Shown piece after piece: positions 1 to 5,989 of a stretch of DNA of 14,066 bases (its first letter is position 1; each line of letters begins with the position of its first letter). Source of the DNA: a virus; UHGV virus genome UHGV-0237147, one strand, 5' to 3'. The notes beneath the pieces were generated by a model. It was not told the DNA's origin, searched no databases, and saw nothing but the letters and a program-made list of their open reading frames with translations. The position numbers and the translations under genes are program-made.

Positions 1-40
1 CCTGAATGTTGTGCGTACTGACTCTGGTTCATCGTGGTCA

Positions 41-189
41 TGGGACATCACCTGGGACATTTTCTGGGGTGGGACATTCGCCTGGGACATTTTTGCCATG
101 TCCCACCAGAATGTCCCACTGGAATAAACTGGAATAGCCAGAGCTGGCGAGGTGTCCGTAATGATCGCCAGAGGTGGGACATGGGACAC
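41..189. repeat. Array of 8-bp TGGGACAT repeats: direct copies at 41-48, 53-60, 70-77, 83-90, 175-182, a variant TGGGACAC at 182-189, and inverted copies (ATGTCCCA) at 98-105 and 111-118; a longer 13-mer CCTGGGACATTTT occurs twice (51-63, 81-93)
   Basis: Read directly from the sequence; spacing of 12-17 bp between copies; far denser than chance for an 8-mer. Function unknown (candidate protein-binding array). Confidence 0.8.
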
Positions 190-331
190 AAATCTGAAAG
201 TTGTAGCTAGGAAAACACCGCGGCGCGCAATGCCCGTGCCTTACAAAAGTCGCAGGAAGGACCCATTTTTTTAATGGCTTCCGTCATGTGCTACGACTAT
301 GATTACTCCGATTCAATACAAGGAGAATGTA

Positions 332-835
332 ATGGGTAACAATATAATCAAAATGACTCTCGTTGCGGCGGCACTGGTATCACCAATTGCGCATGCTCAG
401 TGGGTCACCAATACTGAAGATGATCTCTTCTCTGGCGGTAAAAAAGCGATGATGCTTGGCGAAGTCTCATCAGCTAATGGCGCTATTGTTTTTGACTGCA
501 CGAAAGATAAACTCAAAGCTGCATACGTTGAGATGGATAAGACGACGGAATTAACCTCAGAACTCCCAATGGACCTTGTAATGAAGGTTGATGGAAATAA
601 CGCGGTTAAACTCGACGCAAATCTTTCAAGAAGAAATGTGCAAAGTATTCAAATTGAGTCTAATGATTCTGACGCACTCAAAACCCTGCTTAAGCAACTG
701 AAAGAAGCAAAATCCAAAGTCTTGGTTGGTGCTCAAACTAAAGATGGTGGGAATCAGCACTCATTTACAGCCAACGTTTCCGGTTCAACCACCGCTGTAA
801 ACAGCTTTGTTAAAGCCTGTGAAATAACTCTGTAA
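332..835 (+). CDS. Secreted (periplasmic/exported) protein of unknown function, 167 aa from ATG 332; moron-like accessory gene
   Basis: Strong RBS AGGAGA at 322-327 about 5 nt before ATG 332 (the upstream in-frame ATG at 299 has no RBS). N-terminus MGNNIIKMTLVAAALVSPIAHA-QW is a classical Sec signal peptide with an AxA cleavage motif; two Cys in the mature part. Opposite strand to neighbours, appears AT-rich, followed by a hairpin terminator. No family recognised. Confidence 0.7.
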   Translation: MGNNIIKMTLVAAALVSPIAHAQWVTNTEDDLFSGGKKAMMLGEVSSANGAIVFDCTKDKLKAAYVEMDKTTELTSELPMDLVMKVDGNNAVKLDANLSRRNVQSIQIESNDSDALKTLLKQLKEAKSKVLVGAQTKDGGNQHSFTANVSGSTTAVNSFVKACEITL

Positions 836-851
836 TTTTGTCTAATCAGTC

Positions 852-880
852 GGGGAAGAGATTCCCCCTTTCATTTTGCT
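852..880 (+). terminator. Rho-independent terminator candidate for the secreted-protein gene
   Basis: Stem GGGGAA (852-857) / TTCCCC (862-867) with loop GAGA, followed by the T-rich tract CTTTCATTTTGCT. Confidence 0.5.
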
Positions 881-1512
881 GTTCTGAGTGCCTCGGATAT
901 CGCCTGATTTAGCGCAGAGGGTAATAATGCGTTTGCCATCGCGTTAGCTCGATCCACATAACCTAGCGTGGGTTGAACCGGAAGCGCATCACCAAACCGA
1001 ATGAGAAGCTTTGGTGCACGCTGTTTTACTCTATCCCTACGCGTGCCATTCGGAGAACGTTTTGCCCTCTTCTTCCCTTTTTTTGTTTTTGCTTTTCTCC
1101 GCTGCCAGACAGCATTAACGCCACCGACATCACCAATAAAGGTATTTGGCTTTGCTTTGAGTTGTGAGAGCTTGTTACGTGGCAGATTGCCGTATTTATT
1201 CAACTTGATATTTTTCGGGTTGAGCAACGCGCTACCACTGAGTTTATGTTCACCACCTGATTCAAAAGGTTCTAAGTACCCGGCGGCGGTATCACGGACA
1301 AAAACCTTTGCGGTTAGGTTGTTCTTTCTTGCCGCCACCGAACCAACTGATTTAACGGTAAACGGCGTGGGGCTCTCCAGGTGTCGTTCGAATGCCGTCT
1401 TCTGAGCCAACTCAATCTGGCGTACAACTTTTGTCATCGCCTGAGCTGTGGCAAACGGGATTTGCTTTTGCAGTTGCTTTAACTGGTTTGATAAATCCTT
1501 CAGTGTTGCCAT
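871..1512 (-). CDS. Hypothetical phage protein with a strongly basic Lys/Arg-rich internal segment (213 aa from ATG 1512; ORF opens with GTG at 1521)
   Basis: Long minus-strand ORF; RBS-like AGGTGA about 5 nt upstream of ATG 1512; segment QRRKAKTKKGKKRAKRSPNGTRRDRVKQRAPK suggests nucleic-acid binding. No family confidently recognised. Confidence 0.6.
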   Translation of the reverse strand: MATLKDLSNQLKQLQKQIPFATAQAMTKVVRQIELAQKTAFERHLESPTPFTVKSVGSVAARKNNLTAKVFVRDTAAGYLEPFESGGEHKLSGSALLNPKNIKLNKYGNLPRNKLSQLKAKPNTFIGDVGGVNAVWQRRKAKTKKGKKRAKRSPNGTRRDRVKQRAPKLLIRFGDALPVQPTLGYVDRANAMANALLPSALNQAISEALRTAK

Positions 1513-1690
1513 ATCAGTCACCTGTATTTACTGCCTATTCTTCAGCATTATCGGTTACAGTTACTGTCTGAATATCAGGATGTTACTTATCGTTGAGTCT
1601 GGGTAAGGTAATGGCTCAGCCCGTCAGCGGTGGGACGTTGGCGTACCAGCCTTGAGAGGAGTGGCTGATTGCCTCTTAATAAGGAGACTT

Positions 1691-1960
1691 ATGCAATTTC
1701 TTCACAAACGAATGCACCTGAATGCAGGTGATGTCGTTGTTGTTGACTGCTCGCACCAGTGCAACATTCTTCTCACTACCGACAGTAATTTCAATAGCTA
1801 TAAAAATAACCGGGGTTTTCATCATCATGGTGGTGGTGGTTTTTTCGAGAGACTTCCGGCCCGGCTGGTTGCGCCTCATGTGGGATACTGGAACGTTACG
1901 ATTGATTTAGGTGGTGGCTCAGGAAATGTCACTCACAGCATCAGAGTCATTCCAGCATAA
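1691..1960 (+). CDS. Small hypothetical protein (89 aa), probably a beta-rich prophage protein; resembles from memory the DUF1883-type small proteins (unverified)
   Basis: Very strong RBS AAGGAGA at 1681-1687 just upstream of ATG 1691; protein has non-random motifs (GDVVVVDCSHQCN, GYWNVTIDLGGGSGNV). 3' end overlaps the convergent minus ORF 1919-2116 by 42 nt. Confidence 0.5.
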   Translation: MQFLHKRMHLNAGDVVVVDCSHQCNILLTTDSNFNSYKNNRGFHHHGGGGFFERLPARLVAPHVGYWNVTIDLGGGSGNVTHSIRVIPA

Positions 1961-2116
1961 TAACTCACCCTTTGCCTGAGCTAAGGCATCCTCAAGGGCG
2001 GCAATAATCTTTTGCTGTACGCCGTCCTTAATATAACTCCTGCAGGCCACACCTTCAGATGTTTCATTATCACGCATCCAGATAACTTTGGAGTTGTGTT
2101 CAACTAAAATTTTCAT
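1919..2116 (-). CDS. Small hypothetical protein (65 aa)
   Basis: ATG at 2116; hydrophilic sequence with an amphipathic stretch KIIAALEDALAQAKGE; weak RBS; overlaps the 3' end of the plus-strand gene 1691-1960, so only one of the two C-termini may be real. Confidence 0.35.
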   Translation of the reverse strand: MKILVEHNSKVIWMRDNETSEGVACRSYIKDGVQQKIIAALEDALAQAKGELLCWNDSDAVSDIS

Positions 2117-2196
2117 GATTTTTACCCCGTCGTTAACAATGATAATAAAGCATTATCGCAGACACTCAGGGAATGCCTGCTGTAATGCCTAATACC

Positions 2197-2427
2197 TTAA
2201 GGGAAGGAGAGGCCCAAGTTGACCAACACGGCTTTCCTTTCCTCAATACGGCGGTCAAGTTCAGCCACTGCATGTGGTCGTATTGCATCTACAAAAGCGC
2301 TATCCTGATAGGTAGACTGGATTGTCACCCCAAGCCCGGCACCGCTTTCCAGTATGCCTTTCTGTCGCTGTAGCTCTTTCATCTCGTTATAGATGTAATG
2401 CGCGTTACTTAGGTTCTCTACGTTCAC
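2197..2427 (-). CDS. Small hypothetical protein (76 aa, GTG start)
   Basis: GTG start at 2427 preceded by AAGGAG at 7 nt spacing; follows the spanin-like lipoprotein gene with a 23-nt overlap; charged, likely helical. No family recognised. Confidence 0.45.
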   Translation of the reverse strand: MNVENLSNAHYIYNEMKELQRQKGILESGAGLGVTIQSTYQDSAFVDAIRPHAVAELDRRIEERKAVLVNLGLSFP

Positions 2428-2647
2428 GACCTGGCTCCTTCATGCAGTTCGCCTGCCACGCTCTGTTGTGAGCCAATATGTCCCGTTTCGTCTGTTTATC
2501 CAGCACGGCAATATCGTGCTCAGTGAGGTAGATGATACTTACCCAGTCACATGCCGTGTCCGTTACTTCAGGTTTTGCGGGTAAATTTTTCGCGCAACTC
2601 GCGGTCAACATCGTCATCAGGAAGATGATTAACAGTCTGCTGTACAT
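2405..2647 (-). CDS. Outer-membrane lipoprotein, candidate o-spanin (Rz1-like) encoded in an alternative frame overlapping the 3' part of the upstream TM-protein gene
   Basis: ATG at 2647 with RBS AAGGAG at 6 nt spacing; N-terminus MYSRLLIIFLMTMLTAS-C has a signal peptide plus lipobox-like LTASC; nested/overlapped arrangement typical of Rz/Rz1 pairs. Mature part is not proline-rich, so the o-spanin identity is uncertain. Confidence 0.5.
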   Translation of the reverse strand: MYSRLLIIFLMTMLTASCAKNLPAKPEVTDTACDWVSIIYLTEHDIAVLDKQTKRDILAHNRAWQANCMKEPGRERREPK

Positions 2648-2837
2648 CCCTGGCTCCTTTTGTTGTTTCAACCCGGCGTTCTGCAACGGCTTCAGTAGCC
2701 GCTGCACGTTCTTCAGTGCGCTGCTGATCTGCTTTGGCTTCCGCGATACTGGTACCGCGTGATTTACCCAGACCAAAAGCACCGGCAATTGCTGCCAGCA
2801 CGGCAACAACCAGGCCGATAATCATTTCAAGTCCCAT
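2568..2837 (-). CDS. Small type-II membrane protein (90 aa), candidate i-spanin (Rz-like) or LysA-like lysis accessory protein
   Basis: ATG at 2837 with RBS GAGGT about 5 nt upstream, immediately after the endolysin stop; N-terminal TM segment IIGLVVAVLAAIAGAFGLG followed by a highly charged region; overlapped out of frame by the lipoprotein gene. Confidence 0.5.
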   Translation of the reverse strand: MGLEMIIGLVVAVLAAIAGAFGLGKSRGTSIAEAKADQQRTEERAAATEAVAERRVETTKGARDVQQTVNHLPDDDVDRELREKFTRKT

Positions 2838-2844
2838 AGTGACC

Positions 2845-3459
2845 TCATACCAGTGCGGCCTTTGCTTTGGCGTAACGTTCACGGCGGTCTTTAATGCCGT
2901 TCTGCCCGCCGTTAATAATCTGCGTGACGCGTTCCACATCCCCCGAATAGAGGAGACAACCACGTAACGTGAAGTACCATGCCGCCGAACGGGCCGCGTG
3001 TCGCTCTTGCGTCAATAGTTCCGGAGTGCTCACAAGGTCAAGCTTCAGCGCTGTACCGCATTTGGTGTAGTTCTCACGACCAGTGATTTGCAGCAGGCCA
3101 CGACCGCGATATTTCCAGCCATCCCCCTGACTGTTATTCCCCATGCGGTCACCATAAACCAGATTGGCTATTTGTGGCTGGTGAGCGACCTGTTTACCAT
3201 CGACACGCCCCAGCATTTCGCACTGATACGGCGTCAGGCGCTTACCAAAGGTTTTCTTCAGCCCTTCAACCGAGTAGTTAAAATTCTCTACCAGCGAGGT
3301 AAAGCCATTGGATTCATGCCCAACTTGTGCAATGAACATGGCCTGATCATTAATCGCTGTAATTCCAAATTCTTTCATTGCCGCATCAATGTGCGGAAAC
3401 CAGCGCGCAGCTAACCCAGCGCTTACACCAGCCGCCTGTTGAAATTGTGATTGGTTCAT
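2845..3459 (-). CDS. Endolysin, glycoside hydrolase family 19 (chitinase-like lysozyme), 204 aa
   Basis: Translation contains the pattern FIAQVGHESNGF ... NLVYGDRMGNNSQGDGWKYRGRGLLQITGRENY ... AARSAAWYF ... VTQIINGGQNG typical of phage GH19 endolysins (recalled from Salmonella phage endolysins); ATG 3459 overlaps the upstream stop (TAATG) with RBS GAGG. Confidence 0.88.
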   Translation of the reverse strand: MNQSQFQQAAGVSAGLAARWFPHIDAAMKEFGITAINDQAMFIAQVGHESNGFTSLVENFNYSVEGLKKTFGKRLTPYQCEMLGRVDGKQVAHQPQIANLVYGDRMGNNSQGDGWKYRGRGLLQITGRENYTKCGTALKLDLVSTPELLTQERHAARSAAWYFTLRGCLLYSGDVERVTQIINGGQNGIKDRRERYAKAKAALV

Positions 3460-3740
3460 TAATGCCTCAGCGTATCAACGAGACGCGCCACGTTCCCACG
3501 AGCCCATAAGACGGCAGCGCAAATAAGAAGGTTTACGATGACCACCATCCAGTGTGACTCCTGGTAGAGGCCGAACAGGTAACGGAAAGGGACGCTGGCA
3601 TAAACCAGCACAAAGAAGTAAGCCAGCAATGATATAGCGGGGCGATGCCTTGCCCCTTCACGCTGGTAGAACATCAGGACAAGGACGATGACTGCACAAA
3701 TACCTGCATTCACCATCGCTGACGGATCACTTGTTACCAT
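3459..3740 (-). CDS. Holin-like / antiholin-like small membrane protein (93 aa from ATG 3740; ORF opens with GTG at 3758)
   Basis: Strong RBS GGAGGAGGGG upstream of ATG 3740; two to three predicted TM segments (AGICAVIVLVLMF, LLAYFFVLVYASV, MVVIVNLLICAAVLW); sits between the holin and the endolysin. Confidence 0.6.
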   Translation of the reverse strand: MVTSDPSAMVNAGICAVIVLVLMFYQREGARHRPAISLLAYFFVLVYASVPFRYLFGLYQESHWMVVIVNLLICAAVLWARGNVARLVDTLRH

Positions 3741-4122
3741 TGCTGGCCCCTCCTCCACGGAATCGCGAAAGAATACTGAACAGGCTTCCCAAATCCTGAC
3801 TGTTGAAAAATGTGAGCACTTTGATTGTCATCGCAGCCACTACAACAGCACCAAGTGCGTCTAATGGTCTATCACTGTACCCGGTAGCTTGTGACAGCTT
3901 TGAACCAACCAGGCCAGCAGCAAGAACGCCAACAATGAATGACGTCATGAAGTAAGCAATCAATCGTACTCGTGTGATATTTGCCGCTGTCGCTACATAA
4001 AATACTGCACCAGCGAATGCGCCAAATACCACGCCATAATCAATACCGGTTGCAAGACCAAATACGCTGGCTCCCATCAGGCCACCAGCCGCGACCGTAG
4101 TGCCAGAAACAGGATCGGACAT
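3727..4122 (-). CDS. Holin (multi-TM small membrane protein, 131 aa)
   Basis: ATG 4122 with RBS AGAGGGGG; Gly/Ala-rich TM helices throughout; first gene of the lysis cassette immediately upstream of the endolysin. Confidence 0.7.
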   Translation of the reverse strand: MSDPVSGTTVAAGGLMGASVFGLATGIDYGVVFGAFAGAVFYVATAANITRVRLIAYFMTSFIVGVLAAGLVGSKLSQATGYSDRPLDALGAVVVAAMTIKVLTFFNSQDLGSLFSILSRFRGGGASNGNK

Positions 4123-4165
4123 TAAGCCCCCTCTTATTGCTGTGAGTCCTCTCAGAAGCGAGGGG

Positions 4166-4192
4166 AATAAAAAAGGCCACCCGAAGGTGGCC
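4166..4192 (-). terminator. Rho-independent terminator between the AT-rich accessory module and the holin
   Basis: Perfect stem GGCCACC (4175-4181) / GGTGGCC (4186-4192) with loop CGAA; on the minus-strand RNA it is followed by a U-run (plus-strand AATAAAAAA 4166-4174). Confidence 0.7.
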
Positions 4193-4221
4193 TTTAATGT
4201 GATTCTTTTGCTGAATTATTT

Positions 4222-4800
4222 CTAAGCGGTAGCGACTACAACCTTACTCAGGAAACCATCATTACTAAGAAGAATGGCTTTCTCGAACTGTTTTGCTTTA
4301 AACCACTGCAAATATTTTGTTGCCGTTGAGTTGGCAACACTAAACACTTTTCCGATGAGCATAAAGCTCAACACAACAGGTGCAATGTAAAGCAGGAATG
4401 GTAGATTGTTTGCCACCAGAGCCTTATCCATTACTTTTACTGACTCAGACACAGCCTGAAGCAATTCTTCATTTTCACATGCAAACAGCACCTTGGCATG
4501 TTTGTTAACTCTTTCTTTGATTTCAGGGTTTCGAGCAAAGTTGATTTCCGCTCTGATCTTGTTACCAATTGTTAACAGGTGAAGTCTGTTGATCGTGTTG
4601 TTTAAGCCGTCGTGGATAAGAACAGCTGCTTTCATGTCCTTAGGGCTAAGATTGCCTGAAATAATTTCATTTCGAACTTTATCACGAATTTCGAAGAGCT
4701 CATTCCTAAAAGAAAGCCTCAATGATGGCTGCAAAATCCTTTCGTAAATGAAATGAAATGCAGCAAAAGCACATAGCGTGAAAAACAACGCAGTGATCAT
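4222..4800 (-). CDS. Membrane-anchored protein of unknown function (192 aa), second gene of the accessory (moron) module between Q and the lysis genes
   Basis: ATG 4800 with strong RBS GGAGGA at 6 nt spacing; N-terminal TM (ITALFFTLCAFAAFHFI), soluble central domain, second hydrophobic segment near the C-terminus (LPFLLYIAPVVLSFMLIGKVF); region appears AT-rich relative to flanking genes. Confidence 0.7.
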   Translation of the reverse strand: MITALFFTLCAFAAFHFIYERILQPSLRLSFRNELFEIRDKVRNEIISGNLSPKDMKAAVLIHDGLNNTINRLHLLTIGNKIRAEINFARNPEIKERVNKHAKVLFACENEELLQAVSESVKVMDKALVANNLPFLLYIAPVVLSFMLIGKVFSVANSTATKYLQWFKAKQFEKAILLSNDGFLSKVVVATA

Positions 4801-4825
4801 GGTGCATCCTCCAATTTAATTGTTG

Positions 4826-5206
4826 TTACTGGTCACTCGTCCCGAGTGGCTGTGACGTTTTTTGTTGCTGCAGAGTTGTCTTCTCTTTTCCTATGCGTTC
4901 AGCCTCGCTGCTGAAATCCTTACGCATAATCCTAGCATGACCTGCCCATGCGATAAGTGCAAGTACAAAGAATATCCAACCAAGCATGTTCCAGTTTAGA
5001 AGAGATACCAGGATATCGTGAATAACGTCTGGAATTTTCTCATTTGGTACACGAGTAAGCAAGATAACGAGCACTACAAAGACACATAAAGGCAACATCT
5101 GCCCTGTAGACATAGCTCTGTTGACAATATCCCTGGTTGCATGCGCCCAAGTGATCTTTGTGATACTGCTTGGCTTGCCGCCAGTTCTCTTATGATTGCC
5201 ACTCAT
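4826..5206 (-). CDS. Small two-TM membrane protein of unknown function (127 aa from ATG 5206; ORF could start at TTG 5251), first gene of the accessory module
   Basis: Two hydrophobic segments (MLPLCVFVVLVILL, MLGWIFFVLALIAWAG); no clear SD upstream of either start, so the start is uncertain; AT-rich context. Confidence 0.55.
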   Translation of the reverse strand: MSGNHKRTGGKPSSITKITWAHATRDIVNRAMSTGQMLPLCVFVVLVILLTRVPNEKIPDVIHDILVSLLNWNMLGWIFFVLALIAWAGHARIMRKDFSSEAERIGKEKTTLQQQKTSQPLGTSDQ

Positions 5207-5324
5207 ATTGTTAGTTATAGTCACGTTTTGAAGGGTAATTAATCTTATCAAAATGTGATGATTAAATTCAAAGATTTACATCAATAAAATCTAGTTGCGG
5301 CAATAGGTTATAATTTAAAAGGAA

Positions 5325-5346
5325 AAACCCGCACGATGGCGGGTTT
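5325..5346 (-). terminator. Hairpin terminator about 50 nt downstream of the Q-like gene (bidirectional; candidate tR-prime-like terminator)
   Basis: Stem AAACCCGC (5325-5332) / GCGGGTTT (5339-5346), loop ACGATG; T-run follows on the plus strand (CTTTTTGTT) and a U-rich tract follows on the minus-strand RNA as well. Confidence 0.6.
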
Positions 5347-5396
5347 CTTTTTGTTCTGTTGCTCAGTTCGCTTTAACGTCCCGAGCTTAACACAAT
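5347..5396 (-). promoter_or_regulatory. Candidate late-promoter / antiterminator-loading region between the Q-like gene and the hairpin terminator
   Basis: Positional inference only (in lambdoid phages the late promoter and qut site lie just downstream of Q, before tR-prime); no convincing -35/-10 hexamers identified by eye. Confidence 0.25.
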
Positions 5397-5975
5397 TTAA
5401 GCACTTCCCGCGCAACTATTCAAGTAGAATCTGTCGCTATTTGTGCCGAATGCGTCACACATTGGCTTGTATAGCATCGATTCTGCTACATTTAGCCAAA
5501 CATCAATTCGACTTTCACAGGTTCGCAAACACCATTCAGGATGTTTTGCATTTAAGTCTCTGGCCATCGCCTTTTTGCTCAGGCGCTTGATATATCGATC
5601 TTCAATAAGAGCGTATAACTTCTTATGCCCTGACTGCACAAGGATACCGCTGAGTACAGCGTTGATGGCCAGCGCTTCTTCATCGGTACAGAACGCCAGA
5701 CCGCTTTTATTCTTCCCTTCCAGAATCTCTTTGAGGAACGCTTCCAGTTCGGGTTTGCTGATACCCGCTTTCTTCATCCGGCGTAGCGCTTCGTTGATTG
5801 CCGTTTTGGTGATTTTTCCGGATGTCAGTAGCTGGTTAAACATGTTCCCACCACTACCGCCGCCGATATAAGACCAGCGGCCCCACATGCGCAACTTACC
5901 CTGTATCCAGATGCTTTCCAGAGTACGAAGACGAACCATTTCACCAGCCTTGCCAACTTCAGAAGGATTAATCAT
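5397..5975 (-). CDS. Putative late-gene antitermination protein (Q-like), 192 aa
   Basis: Sits directly upstream of the terminator and lysis region; RBS GGAGAAAG; N-terminal motif LRMWGRWS resembles the conserved RWGxW motif I recall in phage-82/DLP12-type Q proteins; the rest of the protein is not confidently matched. Confidence 0.5.
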   Translation of the reverse strand: MINPSEVGKAGEMVRLRTLESIWIQGKLRMWGRWSYIGGGSGGNMFNQLLTSGKITKTAINEALRRMKKAGISKPELEAFLKEILEGKNKSGLAFCTDEEALAINAVLSGILVQSGHKKLYALIEDRYIKRLSKKAMARDLNAKHPEWCLRTCESRIDVWLNVAESMLYKPMCDAFGTNSDRFYLNSCAGSA

Positions 5976-5989
5976 TAAACTTTCTCCAT

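Noticed and set aside
41-189. Possible CRISPR array (short repeats at regular spacing)
   Set aside because: Repeats are only 8 bp, spacing is 12-17 bp and irregular, some copies are inverted; nothing like 24-48-bp CRISPR repeats with 30-40-bp spacers.
200-260. Possible lambda-type cosN site in the GC-rich stretch cgcggcgcgcaatgcccgtgcc
   Set aside because: Does not match the lambda cohesive-end sequence as I remember it (GGGCGGCGACCT); cannot be called cos from sequence alone.
973-1405. Plus-strand ORFs 973-1167 and 1001-1405
   Set aside because: Lie entirely antisense within the better-supported minus-strand gene 871-1512; low-complexity, Phe/Leu/Cys-rich translations typical of shadow ORFs; no RBS.
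1676-1910. ORFs 1676-1879 (-) and 1722-1910 (+)
   Set aside because: Overlap the plus-strand gene 1691-1960 that has a near-perfect RBS; translations are low-complexity (TTTTMMMK, IIMVVVVF) and look like frame shadows.
2173-2373. Plus-strand ORF 2173-2373
   Set aside because: Antisense to the minus-strand 76-aa gene, which has an AAGGAG RBS; no RBS of its own.
2532-2967. Plus-strand ORFs 2532-2762 and 2734-2967; the long N-terminal extensions of minus ORFs 2405-2809 and 2568-2963
   Set aside because: Antisense shadows of the spanin-like genes; the minus-strand ORFs are better explained by internal ATG starts at 2647 and 2837 that have proper RBSs, and the extended versions would overlap the endolysin gene.
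3088-3414. Plus-strand ORF 3088-3414
   Set aside because: Entirely inside the confidently identified GH19 endolysin gene on the opposite strand.
5336-5871. Plus-strand ORFs 5336-5590 and 5443-5871
   Set aside because: Antisense to the Q-like gene; Cys/Ser/Arg-rich low-complexity translations; no RBS.
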